Shown: positions 11,024-22,780 of the stretch, piece by piece
Position numbering within the stretch: the first letter of the stretch is position 1
Layout of the letters: each line of letters starts with the position of its first letter
Assembly (NCBI GenBank): GCA_010093745.1
Contig: MU005995.1
Location: forward strand, 62,001 to 126,000
Reading direction: 5' to 3'
Length of the DNA stretch: 64,000 nt
DNA from: Piedraia hortae CBS 480.64
Taxonomy: Eukaryota
The notes under the pieces: model-generated
Database searches by the model: none
What the model saw: the letters and a program-made list of their open reading frames with translations, nothing else
Told to the model about the DNA's origin: nothing
Translations under genes and position numbers: made by a program

Positions 11024-12636
11024 ATGACGCCTCCAAACGCCTCACAGCGGTATCTCAGCACGAGAGGAGGATCATACGATGTAAGCAAAGCAGGATACCT
11101 CCTTCCCCCATCCCTAACGGACCCCAAAAGCTTTCATTCGAAGATGTAGTCCTCAAAGGCCTCGCAACAGATGGAGGCCTATTCATACCCGAAGAGATAC
11201 CCTCTTTGCCCACAGATTGGCAAACCAAATGGCGAGGCTACACTTTCCAAGACCTTGCATTCGAAATCTTCAGTCTCTACATCAGCCGTAACGAAATTCC
11301 CGCCGAAGATCTCAAACGTATCATCCAAAACAGCTACTCAGCCTTCAGAGCAAAAGAAGTCACGCCCTTGAAACAGCTAGACCACAACCTATACCTGCTT
11401 GAGCTATTCCATGGCCCAACATTTGCCTTCAAAGACGTAGCCCTGCAGTTCCTGGGAAACCTATTCGAGTACTTCCTCGTGCGGCGGAACGAGGACAAAG
11501 AGGGCAGCAGCCGGGAGCACCTCACCGTAATCGGAGCAACATCAGGGGACACTGGCTCAGCAGCAATCTACGGCCTCCGAGGGAAGAAAGATGTCAGCGT
11601 ATACATCATGCACCCGAAGGGCAAAATCAGCCCGATCCAAGAGGCTCAGATGACGACCGTTCCGGACGCTAATGTCCACAACCTGGCTATAGAGGGAACA
11701 TTCGACGACTGCCAGGACATCGTCAAGGCTCTCTTTGCGGACCCTGAGGCTAACCGCGCGAAACGTCTCGGGGCGGTGAACAGCATCAATTGGGCGCGCA
11801 TCCTCGCGCAGATCGTGTACTACTTCCACGCGTACTTTGCGCTGTGTCGCGCAGTAGGAGGAGATAACTTCCGCGTGCGGTTTGCGGTGCCTACGGGTAA
11901 CTTTGGCGATATCCTAGCTGGGTACTTTGCCACTCGTATGGGACTGCCGACGGATAAGCTTGTGGTGGCGACGAATGAGAATGATATTCTCCACCGCTTT
12001 TGGCAAACAGGAAGGTACGAGATCCAGCCGGTTCATGGCCGTGAGGCCCAAGGCGGTTTGCCCGACGATGGAGTCAAGGCGCATGAGAGCGGTGTGCGCG
12101 AAACCCTTTCTCCAGCCATGGATATTCTCGTGTCGTCGAACTTCGAGCGTCTGCTCTGGTACCTCGCGTTCGCAACGAGTGATGTTGAGGAGACGAACCG
12201 CCGTCGCATGGAGGCTGGCGAGGCTGTCAAAACTTGGCTGGGCCAGCTGAAAGCGTCTGGCGGGTTCGCAGTGAGTGAGAATATTCTTGCGGCTGCGCGG
12301 CAGGGCTTTACCAGCGAACGTGTGTCGGATGCTCAAACTGTGGAGACGATCAAGTCCGTCTACGCAAGGGGCGCAGGTGTCCTTGATCCACATTCGGCAG
12401 TTGGTGTTGCCGCTTCGCTGCGTGGTCTTGGCGATGGAGCAGTCTATATATCGCTTGCGACGGCGCATCCGGCAAAGTTCTCGCATGCGGTGGAGCTCGC
12501 GCTAAAGGACGCGCCTGGGTTTGACTTTGAGACGGTACTGCCTAGTGAATTCATCGGACTGGAGAAGAAAGAGAGACGACTTGTTGATTGTCGGAACGAT
12601 TGGATGGAAGTGAGGAAGATTCTGATGGAGGAGTGA
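11024..12636 (+). CDS. THR4: Threonine synthase
   Basis: Exon 1 MTPPNASQRYLSTRGGSYD, intron 11081-11130, then GLATDGGLFIP, ELFHGPTFAFKD (PLP lysine), ATSGDTGSAA, NSINWARI and LATAHPAKF. Confidence 0.96.
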
Positions 12637-12782
12637 TAGACGAAATATACACGACAATTTATGAAAGCTTCATGTGTGTACCAGTCGTGTAGCACGGGAG
12701 ATGGTGCGTGCCAAGCACAGCCCTAAAAACCTTGACTCAAATCCCCCCAATCACCATCCCCAGCACGGCCATCTCCTTCGCA

Positions 12783-13583
12783 TCACTCCCCTGCCCCAGG
12801 CACCTTGATCCCATAATCCTTATACGGAAACTCCTCCAAACTGGGAACATACCTCCCCCACCCATCCCCAATTTCCCCAGCCTGTTTCTCCTCCCCCATC
12901 CCCCCCGCAAGTATCTTATCCATATCCCTCCCCACCTCCCCATACAGTCCCGGGTGTGGACACCAAAGAACCTGCATACCGGCCCTCCTCCCCGCCTCAA
13001 CACCAACCACACTATCCTCCAGCACAAGGCACTCAGCAGCCTCAATAACCCCCTTTCCCTCCATCTCCCTCCGCTCATTCACCATCCCCAACGCCAGTTC
13101 ATAAATTTCCGGGTACGGTTTCCCCCGTCCGGGCGGGATCCTCTTATCATCCCCCAGAATCCTCTGCTTTTCGGGGAAAAGCCCAAACAAACACCCCAAA
13201 TGGTTGGTCTTGCGCTCGTAATTCTCTTTCTGCGAGGACGTTGCGAGTGCGATTTCCACGTTTGCTGAGAGTAGGTTTTTCAAGAGGTCTTCGACCCCAG
13301 GGAGAGGTGCGCAGGTGGGAAAGTGCTCGTACTGGTACGCTCGCATTAGGGCGTTGGTTTCGGGGATTGTGATGGGAAGTTGTGCCCACGAGGCGAGAAT
13401 TTCGGAGGCAGCAGAGGCAGGGCGCCCTTGCATTTGGGCTTTGATGCTCCAAGGGAGAGGGGAACGGTGGTATTTGGCGAGGACGAGGTTCGTGCATAAG
13501 GTGTAGATGTCTTCGCTGTTGATTAGGAGGCCGTCCATGTCGAAGAGGCAGGCTTTGATTGCAGGTGGGGTTTTGGGAGACAT
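12783..13583 (-). CDS. HAD-superfamily phosphatase (pseudouridine-5'-phosphatase/GS1-like)
   Basis: HAD motifs CLFDMDGLLINSE, LATSS, GRGKPYPEIY and CLVLEDSVVGVEAGRRAGM. Confidence 0.9.
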   Translation of the reverse strand: MSPKTPPAIKACLFDMDGLLINSEDIYTLCTNLVLAKYHRSPLPWSIKAQMQGRPASAASEILASWAQLPITIPETNALMRAYQYEHFPTCAPLPGVEDLLKNLLSANVEIALATSSQKENYERKTNHLGCLFGLFPEKQRILGDDKRIPPGRGKPYPEIYELALGMVNERREMEGKGVIEAAECLVLEDSVVGVEAGRRAGMQVLWCPHPGLYGEVGRDMDKILAGGMGEEKQAGEIGDGWGRYVPSLEEFPYKDYGIKVPGAGE

Positions 13584-13596
13584 TTTTGAGGCTGCT

Positions 13597-13704
13597 GGGA
13601 TTTTTGAGATTTTTGGGATTTTTGGGATTGTTGGGATTGTTGGGATTGTTGGGATTGTTGGGATTGTTGGGATTGTTGGGATTGTTGGGATTGTTGGGAT
13701 TGTT
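13597..13704. repeat. 9-bp tandem repeat: three GRGATTTTT units followed by (GGGATTGTT)9
   Basis: Read directly from the sequence: 12 units in the divergent intergenic region between the HAD and TPR genes. Confidence 0.97.
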
Positions 13705-13818
13705 GGTGGAAGGGATAGTGGTGGGTTAAGTTATTTGTGCGATGTGTGGGTTTGTGTTTCTTCACTGACGGGCGGGGCAACGGTGACTTTCCAACGTTCG
13801 GGGTTTTTCCTGTGTGCG

Positions 13819-14604
13819 ATGGCAATGATGGCGGAGAGGGATGAAGAAGAGTTTTTTTCTTGTGATGATGAGTCTGCAAAGAAGGAGCAAGGCAGTGGAC
13901 AGGTTGCAACAGAAGAGAACCACGACTCCCTCGTCGCACAATCGTCGACATTACGAATCGAAGCAAACAAACTATTTGAGAAAAAAGACTATGAAGGAGC
14001 GATTCAGTTGTATGAGCGCGCACTGGGATTGTTACCTGCGGGGTGTACCATGGAGATGGTAGTAATACGAAGTAATCTGGCAGTCACTCATTTGAAACTA
14101 GAAGAGTGGCAGAGGGCCGTGGAAGATGCTGGTAAAGGGATTGACATGCTCACTCCTGCAGAGCTTGAGAAAGAGAATGGTGAAGAAGAAGAAGAAGAAG
14201 AAGAAGAAGAAGAAGAAGAAGAAGAAGAAGAAGAAGAAGAAGAAGAAGAAGCAGACAGCAATTGCCAAGGCGACCGCCTCCGGCTAAGAATAAAACTGCT
14301 CAATAGAAGAGCGTTGGCAAATGTTCACCTAGGTACTTGGTCTTCATTGCAAGCTGCCCAGGAAGACTACACGACACTGCTATCATTGCCTTTGTCAGCA
14401 ACGCAGAAGAAGGCAGTTATGACGGCAAAGAGAGACTTGGCTCCAACCTTGGACGAGGCAAAGAAGCGCGAGATAGACGACATGGTGTCGAAGCTAAAAG
14501 GCCTTGGAAACACGGTCCTAAAGCCATTTGGACTGAGTACAAACAACTTCCAGTTCAAAGAGAACGGAAGCGGTGGCTATAGCCTGGACTTCGTCCGGGA
14601 ATAA
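13819..14604 (+). CDS. TPR-repeat protein, TTC1-like
   Basis: TPR helices (EANKLFEKKDYEGAIQLYERAL, SNLAVTHLKLEEWQRAVEDA) and the TTC1-type C-terminus KLKGLGNTVLKPFGLSTNNFQF...GGYSLDF. The start is placed after the repeat; the upstream ORF extension is the 9-bp repeat. Confidence 0.87.
   Translation: MAMMAERDEEEFFSCDDESAKKEQGSGQVATEENHDSLVAQSSTLRIEANKLFEKKDYEGAIQLYERALGLLPAGCTMEMVVIRSNLAVTHLKLEEWQRAVEDAGKGIDMLTPAELEKENGEEEEEEEEEEEEEEEEEEEEEEEADSNCQGDRLRLRIKLLNRRALANVHLGTWSSLQAAQEDYTTLLSLPLSATQKKAVMTAKRDLAPTLDEAKKREIDDMVSKLKGLGNTVLKPFGLSTNNFQFKENGSGGYSLDFVRE
14182..14250 (+). repeat. Perfect (GAA)23 microsatellite encoding poly-Glu
   Basis: 69 bp of uninterrupted GAA, in frame within the TPR gene. 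Confidence 0.97.
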
Positions 14605-14625
14605 TGGCAAACGACGCTATAACTT

Positions 14626-15410
14626 TTATTCAACCTCCTCAATCTTCTTGCTGCCCGCAGTCGCTGACTTCTCTTCCGAAGGGTTGACGACTGCAGGTAG
14701 AGTCTCTTCGTCTTCGTCTTCATCCGAATTCAATTCCTCATCGTTGTCGCCCGCTCCTTCATCCATGTTGCCGAGCTTACTGAAGTCGAGTCCGCCCATG
14801 CCGCCCAATCCACCCATTCCGCCCATGCCACCCATACCGCCAAGACCCTCCATTCCCATGCCACCCATTCCTCCCATGCGTGACATGTAGTCGTCATCAT
14901 CCTTTTCATCCTGCTCATCTTCATCGACCCACTACAACTGTCAGCCTGGATCAGTTTCAGCTCAGGCTAAACCCACCTTGTCAAAATCCGTCTTGAGGAA
15001 ATGCACCTTGGCCTTGTCCTTTAGCAGGCGCGGCCAGAACTCTTCATTGAGTTCCTTCTTCTGCAGCACCATTTCGACGCAGCGAGGGGTATGGTTGATT
15101 TTGCTTGCAGACGGGTCGATCTCTGCATAAAACTCCAGCTTGACAGAATATTCTGCCTTTTTGCTCTCGGACCAGCCCTTGAAGTCGATAAATGTAGGCT
15201 GAACATCTAGCTTAATCTTCTTGGGGTCTACATCGGGCACGTTGATTGAGAGGAAGATGTGGTTCTTCTCCGCATCGGTGGCTGAAGAGCGCTGGGCCCA
15301 GGTGACTTATCGAGAGTCAGCAATGCTGCAAGATTGTCAGATTTTGACATACCCTCAGGCGTAATGGTGGCACCCTGCTTGGCAGTGTCAGTTGTCTTCG
15401 GAACCTCCAT
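14626..15410 (-). CDS. SBA1: Hsp90 co-chaperone p23 (Sba1/Wos2)
   Basis: Spliced product ITPEVTWAQRS...FWPRLLKDKAKVHFLKTDFDKWVDEDEQD followed by a GGM-rich tail; two introns. Confidence 0.94.
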
Positions 15411-15555
15411 GTTTGACAGTCGGTGGGGAAAATTTGGGAGAGAAGGTGCTGGAATTTTATTTGGGCGGGGTTGAATCGGGCCGGGCCGTTCCTGTCCGCG
15501 ATTACATCATCTGCGGGGCTTCCGCTTTTGACTTCATGACTCCAAACACTTGAAC

Positions 15556-16281
15556 ATGGATGCTGCAAGGCGGTTTTTTTATGGACCCACGCCCGAGGAG
15601 CAAGTAAGAACATGAATCTACTCTCAGGAGAAAGCTCGCTCATTTTTCCAGAAACGAAAGTGCAATGCGCTCGTGCGCGCCAACACCAGACGTCTCGATC
15701 GGGACATGGCCAATCTGAAGGCGTTAGAACAAAAGACGAAGACACTCATACTTCAGGCTTCGCGGCGAGCTCAGCGCGAGCCTGCTCGCTCAGAACAAGC
15801 CCTTGCCGAGACGCGCATATTTGCCAAAGAACTCATCAGCGTGCGGAAGCAGGAACAGCGGGTAGCCACCAGCAAAGCCACCCTTGCCAGCGTTGGAATG
15901 CAGATAAATGAGGCGTTTGCGGTCCGCAAAATCGAGGGCAATATAAAGAGCAGCACCCGCATTATGAAGGATGTCAACACGCTCGTCAGGCTGCCGGAAC
16001 TGACGGGTACCATGCGCGAGCTTTCGCAAGAACTCGTCAAAGCTGGCATTGTGGAGGAGATGGTGAGCGACTCTCTGGACATGGAAGATGCATTAGACGA
16101 CGAAGAAGAGACAGAGGCAGAGGTGGACAAGATCCTGGGCGAAGTGCTTCGGAATCGCGTACAAGCCCCAACAGTCCAGGTACCAATAAAACCCTTGGAG
16201 CCGGAGGTAGAGGACGGAGACTTGGATTCAGAGCATCTCCTGGCCCAAATGCGCGGGCGGTTAGAAGGATTAAAGAGTTAA
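15556..16281 (+). CDS. VPS24: ESCRT-III subunit Vps24/CHMP3 (Snf7 family)
   Basis: Exon 15556-15603 (MDAARRFFYGPTPEEQ), intron 15604-15651, then KRKCNALVRANTRRLDRD...MKDVNTLVRLPELTGTMRELSQELVKAGIVEEM...MRGRLEGLKS. Confidence 0.93.
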
Positions 16282-16339
16282 TCATGACAGGAGACCGATT
16301 AACAATTATTCTTTCAGGGCATAGGTTCATTGTTCACCA

Positions 16340-17908
16340 CTACTTCCTCCCGCGAACCACCCGGCACACCCGCCCCCCTTGGGCCACGACGCCGTTCCCT
16401 TTGCTCCTGCTTATGGTGCAAGTTGGCCTGACCTCGTTGGAGTGCATCGATGCCAGGGCAAACGAGTCCGTGTTGTGGCCAAAGTACAGGTAGGCGCCAT
16501 TGTTGCACTTTTTGATCGACAGCACGCCAATGGCACCGGCAGAATCGGAGTGGACGACGCTCGGATGGTTCATGAAGTCGCGCTGGATGAAGCCGGCAAT
16601 GACGTCATCGTCATTGACATCAGCGTAGCCCCCGCCCACCGTCTTCTGCTTGCTATGGTAGAGGCGCTCCGAGCAGACGCTAGCCGCCTGCGTGGTTCCC
16701 ATGTGCTCCCCGGTCCCGCTGATCACCGTGGCCACGCACGTGTTATTCGGATCGCCGGCATCTGCAGGGATGACAGCTGCACCGATGCCTACCAGAGCTG
16801 CGGGACCGACGCGACCCCGGTGTTTCATGCCGATCCCGCCAGACGAAGCGCCACACGCCACGTTACCGTACATGTCGATGGCAATCGCACCCACCGTGTC
16901 CGTGATGGAGTCTTGGTCGTCTTCTTCAGGTGCATTTTCAGCTTCCGAGTGGGCGGGCCCATCGTTCCACTTGCTCCATGCTGATGTAGTGCCAAAGGAG
17001 CCAGCGTTTGGCGCGCCTGAGCTGTCGGACTCAAACTCGCATGGAGCGTGGTTGCGGGGTGAGGATTGATCGTCTCGTTTCATCGTTCGGCGGATGTCAG
17101 CCTCGTCCGACGGCGGAGGCGATGCTGGCTGCCCCTCATTCCACACGCTGGCTTGGATTGCCTTTGCGTGCACCTTGTCAATACTCTCTGCACCAGGAGG
17201 CGGCCTGAAGGTGTTGCGAGGATTGTCGTCAGATAACGGGGACGTCGCATATCTCTTGGATGCCTGTCGCTTCGTCTTGGCCTCAACCTTATCGAGATCG
17301 GACTGCCACTTCTCCCATCGCTCCTGTGCCGTCGGTGAGACCATATCGGCCATTTGCGCAATCATCATGTGGTTCTCCCGCGCAAATTCAGTGGCCCCTT
17401 GGCCAACTAACAAATTCGGCGGCACGCGACGCAGAGACAGCGTATGGGTGGTGTGGTCCAGCAACAGGCGGGCAAGCGTGATTGGATTCTTGATCTCTGT
17501 CGAGAAGATTAGCAAGGCTCTGCACTTCATCCTCTGCAACCTACGCGATACGGCTCCCACGCCGCCGCTACGTCCAAAGTGGTCAATCAGGACAGCATCA
17601 CATTCCACCACACCATCAATGGTCAAATTGCTTCCGTAGCCAGCATTGGTGACCTCTCGGTTTTCCAGGACTTTGATGGCAATCTCTATGGCATCGACAG
17701 CCGAGCCACCGCCATTTAACAGAGCCATGGCAGCCTTGGCCGCACTGCGCATATCGTCAGACAAAGCCCGCACAACACAGCACCAAACTCACTCGTGGCA
17801 GGCCAGAAGATGGTGATGCTCATTGGCCCTGCTGTGGAAGCCAGCACCGGCATGAACGAATATGCATGCTAGACTTCCTGGTTTTCCGGATCGTTTGGTG
17901 CTCATCAT
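16340..17908 (-). CDS. Threonine aspartase 1 (taspase)/type-2 asparaginase family Ntn-hydrolase
   Basis: Motifs IFVHAGAGFHS, TNAGYGSNLTIDGVVECDA, nucleophile site ITDTVGAIAID and SSGGIGMKHRGRVGPAA. Introns at 17792-17745 and 17544-17497. Confidence 0.9.
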
Positions 17909-18427
17909 CGACCGCCACACTGTCTGGACTTGTTCACCTAGTCGGGGCCCACGGGATGCAGCGTCTGGCTTGGCCAAATACCTAGAGACGGTGGGCGACG
18001 GCGTTATGGCGGAGTGAGTTGGGTCGTGGAGCAAATGTAGCGAATGAATGGGAATGTGAAGTGTAAGAGCGAGAGTGCGGTCGTAGAAGCTGCGAGAATG
18101 TGGTAAAAGAGCAAAGGGTAGAGTTACTGGGGCGACGTAGAGCGTGTTGTGTTAAGTCGCGATGTGTGTGAGCTTTTCCTAGCGCGTAGTGCGGCTTCCC
18201 TTCCAGCACAATGAGGAAGGAGCGACCCATCTCTGCACCTCATCCCCTCAGCACACCTGGCTAGGTGACGCCCACGTGACTGGACGGTTTGCAGCGCATG
18301 GTGCCGTCGTCCTGGACGTTTGGCGGATGTGGCAGTTGACGTTTGTCCTGAAGTCTTGGCATTTGGACCCCTCCTCCCCCAACCTCCAACCTCGATCCAG
18401 CGCCAGACCGCCAAATACGCCGCAACA

Positions 18428-19794
18428 ATGGCCTCCCAAACCCCCGCCGTGGTCATGGACAAGTATGGAACACTGCGCGTAGTTGTCTCAGAGCTAACTC
18501 TCTGCGCAGCGGTACGGGCTATTCCAAACTTGGCTTCGCGGGCAATGACTCGCCTTCGTTCGTGTTCCCCACCGCCATTGCGACCAAAGGCCCTGTGGGC
18601 GGCGGCGGAACTGGTTCTGGGCGGCCAGCTGTAGCAAGTAAGCCTTCTTTCCTGACCGGCGGAGTTGGTCCGACTGGCCACTTGTCGGCGAAGAGAGGGA
18701 CGGAGGATCTAGACTTCTTCATCGGCGACGAAGCGCTGACAGCGAGCGCGGGGCCCGGATACGGCCTACACTATCCAATCCGTCATGGCCAAATCGAGAA
18801 TTGGGATTTGATGGAGCGATTCTGGTCCAACAGCATCTTCAAATACCTCCGCGTCGAGCCTGAGGATCACTACTTCCTCCTCACCGAGCCCCCCCTGAAC
18901 CCCCCTGAGAATCGCGAGAACACGGCTGAGATATTCTTCGAGAGCTTCAATTGCGCGGGGCTGTACATTGCAGTGCAGGCTGTCCTAGCCCTGGCGGCAT
19001 CATGGACGTCGTCCAAAGTGCAAGACCGAAGCTTAACTGGAACTGTGATTGACTCGGGCGAGGGTGTCACGCATGTCATCCCCGTGGCTGAGGGTTATGT
19101 CATCGGTAGCAGCATCAAAAGCATACCCATTGCGGGCCGCGACATCACCTACTTTGTGCAGAGCATGTTGCGTGACCGGGGCGAGCCCGACAGCTCCCTC
19201 AAAACTGCCGAGCGGATAAAGGAGGAGTTTTGTTACGTTTGCCCTGACATTGTCAAGGAGTTTGCCCGCTACGATCGTGAGCCGGAACGCTTCCAAAAGT
19301 ACGACGTCAAGTACCCCAATGGTAAAAGCGCCACGGTGGACGTCGGTTATGAGCGCTTTCTTGCACCGGAAATCTTCTTCAACCCCGAAATCTACAGCTC
19401 CGACTTCCTCACACCCCTCCCGAACATTGTCGATACCGTTATTCAGACATCGCCGATCGATGTCCGAAGGGGTCTCTACAAGAACGTGGTCTTGTCGGGT
19501 GGTTCGACTCTATACAAGGATTTCGGTAGAAGGCTACAGCGCGACATTCGTCATCTTGTAGATGCACGTATCAAAGCGTCGGAGGCACGCGCAGGCAACG
19601 TTGCCAAATCCGGCGGTCTGGAGGTGCAAGTCATCACTCACAGAAGGCAAAGACACGGCCCGTGGTTTGGCGGATCGCTCCTCGGCCAAACGCCTGAATT
19701 CCGCAGTTACTGTCATACAAAGGCCGAATACGATGAGATTGGACCCAGCATTGTGCGTAGATTTGCCCTTCTCGGTGGCCCTGGAAGTACTTAA
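18428..19794 (+). CDS. ARP3: Actin-related protein 3 (Arp2/3 complex)
   Basis: [24 protein letters not shown] (intron 18463-18509); [45 protein letters not shown]. Confidence 0.97.
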
Positions 19795-20543
19795 AAACGC
19801 TTATAACAGTTGATGTTGTGTTGCGTGTAGTTCAGACTGATTTAACTTGAACTGCCTCAATCTCGGCAGAATTAAGTCCTTCTTGTCTCTTCTGTTACCA
19901 ATACCAAAGGTTCAAGTCCAGAGCAGCGGATACAGTGTGGAAGACGTTGGGACTGTAAGCAGATGGGAAAGAGAGGGCTGATAGAATTGTGTGGCTGCAC
20001 ATAATTAGGAACAGCTGGACGAGTCGAACCATCATAGCAAAGGACCGATTGGCTCTCGATAAACCTACACTCATTTAGTGACCAATGCCTTTCACAGTTA
20101 AACGGTGGCTTCGCCAACCCGACGACTGAATGAGGAATTGCGTCATGGTGCCGGCCCAACCCGGCCGTCTCTAACACTTTTATAAGCTGCCTCACACAAT
20201 CACTGTTTTCACATTCACCAGCATGGCTAATTCTGAAGGAGACGTTGCAATCCTCAGCGATGACAACACGGTCGACTCCGACGAGCGGTTCCTGGTAAGG
20301 TTCCAATCGGAACAGTGATTCATGATCTCTTCTATGCAAAGCAGTGAGTTGAAAAGTCCTCCAGTCATGGCACGCCGGTATCCTATGCCCTGTCTTCACC
20401 AATCTGATTGTAATACATCGGAAGTGATGGCAGACTCAGGGTTGAGATCAAACGGCTAGAACTTGGGCATTCACATGCGCGGAAGGAGTTGTCATGACCA
20501 TTGACCCCCGGCTGGACCCGTTGATGATTTTACTGACACGCAG

Positions 20544-22167
20544 AAGCGTTCTATCGGCTACAAACAGGTACGGTGGTTCCGATGTGAAGCTTGTGGGCCA
20601 ACTAACATTTGTCCCCAGACGCTCCATCGACAATGGAAGTTTTTTGAAGCCTTTGCTGCCAGTTTCGGTATGTCTAACACTATTGGCCTTGGTCTATGTT
20701 AACGAGATAGCCGGTCTTTACTCGGTTGGCGGTGTTCGGGTAACGTTCACGATCGGTGTCGGTGCTGGCGGACCTGCAGCATACTGGTTGGTTTGACCTG
20801 CCACGTATCCTTCTCACCTGACTTCTTCCAGGTCGAGCTTCGTCATAACCTGCATATTCGTTGCCATCACAGCTGCCGTCTTGGCCGAGGTATGTTCCGC
20901 TCTTCCGGCCGCTGGATCGATATACTTCTGGGCTGCCGAGGCTGGTGGAAAACGGTTTGGTCGGTTGTTTGGCTTCATTGTTGCCTGGTGGGCTACAACA
21001 GCATGGACGACGTTTCTTGCCAGCAACTGCCAAGCTGCTGCAAACTTCTTGCTCTCCGAGATCACTGTGTTCGACCTCCCGTTTCCGACTGATGTCGACA
21101 CGATTCGCTTTCGTGCGGTCCAGTGGATCGTCTCAGAGGCCATCTTGTTTCTTTCTGTTGGCATGAACTACCTGGACCCTAAAACGTACAAGCATATCTT
21201 CCGGGCTGCGACAGCCATTATCATTCTCGACTTTTTCCTCAACGTCATCTGGCTGCCAATCGCAGTGTCGAAAAGTTATGGTTTTCAAAGTGCCAGCTAC
21301 GTCTTCACGGCCACACGCAACGAAACCGGAGCACCACCCGTTTGGAACTGGATGTTGAGTTTCTACGTCACTGCGGGAATTCTTGTGGGCTTCGAGGCAG
21401 CCGGTCATGTGTCTGAAGAGACCAAGAACGCTAGCCGCGTTGCTGCTCGGGCCATCTTCACCTCTGCCATTGCGTCTGCGCTCATCGCTTTTCCCCTGGT
21501 CATTCTTTTTCTTTTCTGTTTGCCGGATCTGGACAAACTCTACGAATATGGCGCACCACAACCTTTTGTCCAGATTTACGCCTCAACCATGGGGAACGGC
21601 GGCCACATTTTCATGAATATTATTTGCATCATCGGGCTCGTTTTCAATACCACCGTGGCGGGCGTGGCCAGTTCCCGACTGATATGGGCTGTGGCACGCG
21701 ATGGCGTCCTTCCATTTTCAGGCTGGATTTCGGCTGTTTCGACCAGGAAGGAGCCCAGAAACGCCATCATCGTCATGCACGCTGTGGCTGCCTTGCTCCT
21801 CTGCACTATTCTCCCCTCTCCCGTGGCATTTACTTCCCTCGTGTCTGCCGCGGGCGTGCCCACCATTACCGCCTACTCTTTGATAAGCTTTGGGAGGGCG
21901 TTTTTGACACCCCGTCGCTTTCGACGTGCTCCATGGAGTCTGGGTCGTTGGTCAAGACCAATGAACATGATTGCTTTTTTCTGGAATCTCTACCTTGCGG
22001 CAGTGTTGTTTTCGCCGCTGGAATTCCCAGTGACTGCTGACACATTCAACTACAGTCCTGTTATCTTCGGGGCAACGACGATGTTTGGAATTATTTCGTA
22101 CTGGATCATCCCAGAAGAAAGGTGGCTACCGAATGCAAGATTGGGACTCATCAGGGAAGGCAGCTGA
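20544..22167 (+). CDS. APC-superfamily amino acid/polyamine/GABA permease; true first exon not resolved
   Basis: Small exons SIGYKQ, TLHRQWKFFEAFAASF and GAGGPAAYW lead into LAEVCSALPAAGSIYFWA, GFEAAGHVSEETKNA, SRLIWAVARDGVLPFS and multiple TM segments. Confidence 0.88.
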
Positions 22168-22780
22168 GAACGTCCGACTTCTATGGCCGGATTGGGGAAC
22201 CTTAATCACGTGACCTAAGCTAGTACGCAGACTTTGAGAAACTCTTTTGAAAAAGCAAACTGGCGGGACGTTTACCTCATTGTATCGTTGTCATTCTCCA
22301 CGTCGCGCGTAAGCAGGAAAACCAAGAGATGAGGACCCGGGGCGCTAATCTCAATCCGGTTAATAGGACTATGTCTCTGCGGGAAGTGGGCTATACCTAT
22401 CTTTGTGGAGTTCGATATACCTACATTGCACGTATGCATCACCTACAACTATCTTCCGAAATGCACCTGCTTCGCTTCCAAGATTGCTGCGCGAACAGCA
22501 GGCAGCGGTTCCCATGATGTGCTTTGTGTGCCTCGTTTCGGTTTGTAGGTAATCTCTCAACAAAGAGGTGAATGTATGGACATCGTTTCCGTCCAAATTC
22601 TTTCTTCATAATGGAGACCCACGACTTGTCCGGATCTGTAAACTTGACTGGCAAGTAAAGATTCTTGCCCAGAATGCGCTCTGATCAAATACTTTACTCA
22701 CGAGTCAAACAGGGTTGTATACAAGGCAAAGAACCTTTGTAATCTTTTCGAATTCTTAACAATTGTTACAGTTATCAAAA

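Noticed and set aside
13597..13704. Possible telomeric repeat or CRISPR-like array
   Set aside because: The unit is not TTAGGG, it is internal, and there are no spacers; this is eukaryotic DNA with no cas genes.
13507..13818. N-terminal extension of the TPR ORF containing GIV repeats, and the antisense QQS-repeat ORF 13523..14023
   Set aside because: Both are translations of the 9-bp minisatellite and overlap the HAD gene start; no protein-like context.
19872..20402. 176-aa minus-strand ORF between ARP3 and the permease
   Set aside because: Non-ATG start and no recognisable motif; probably the permease upstream region.
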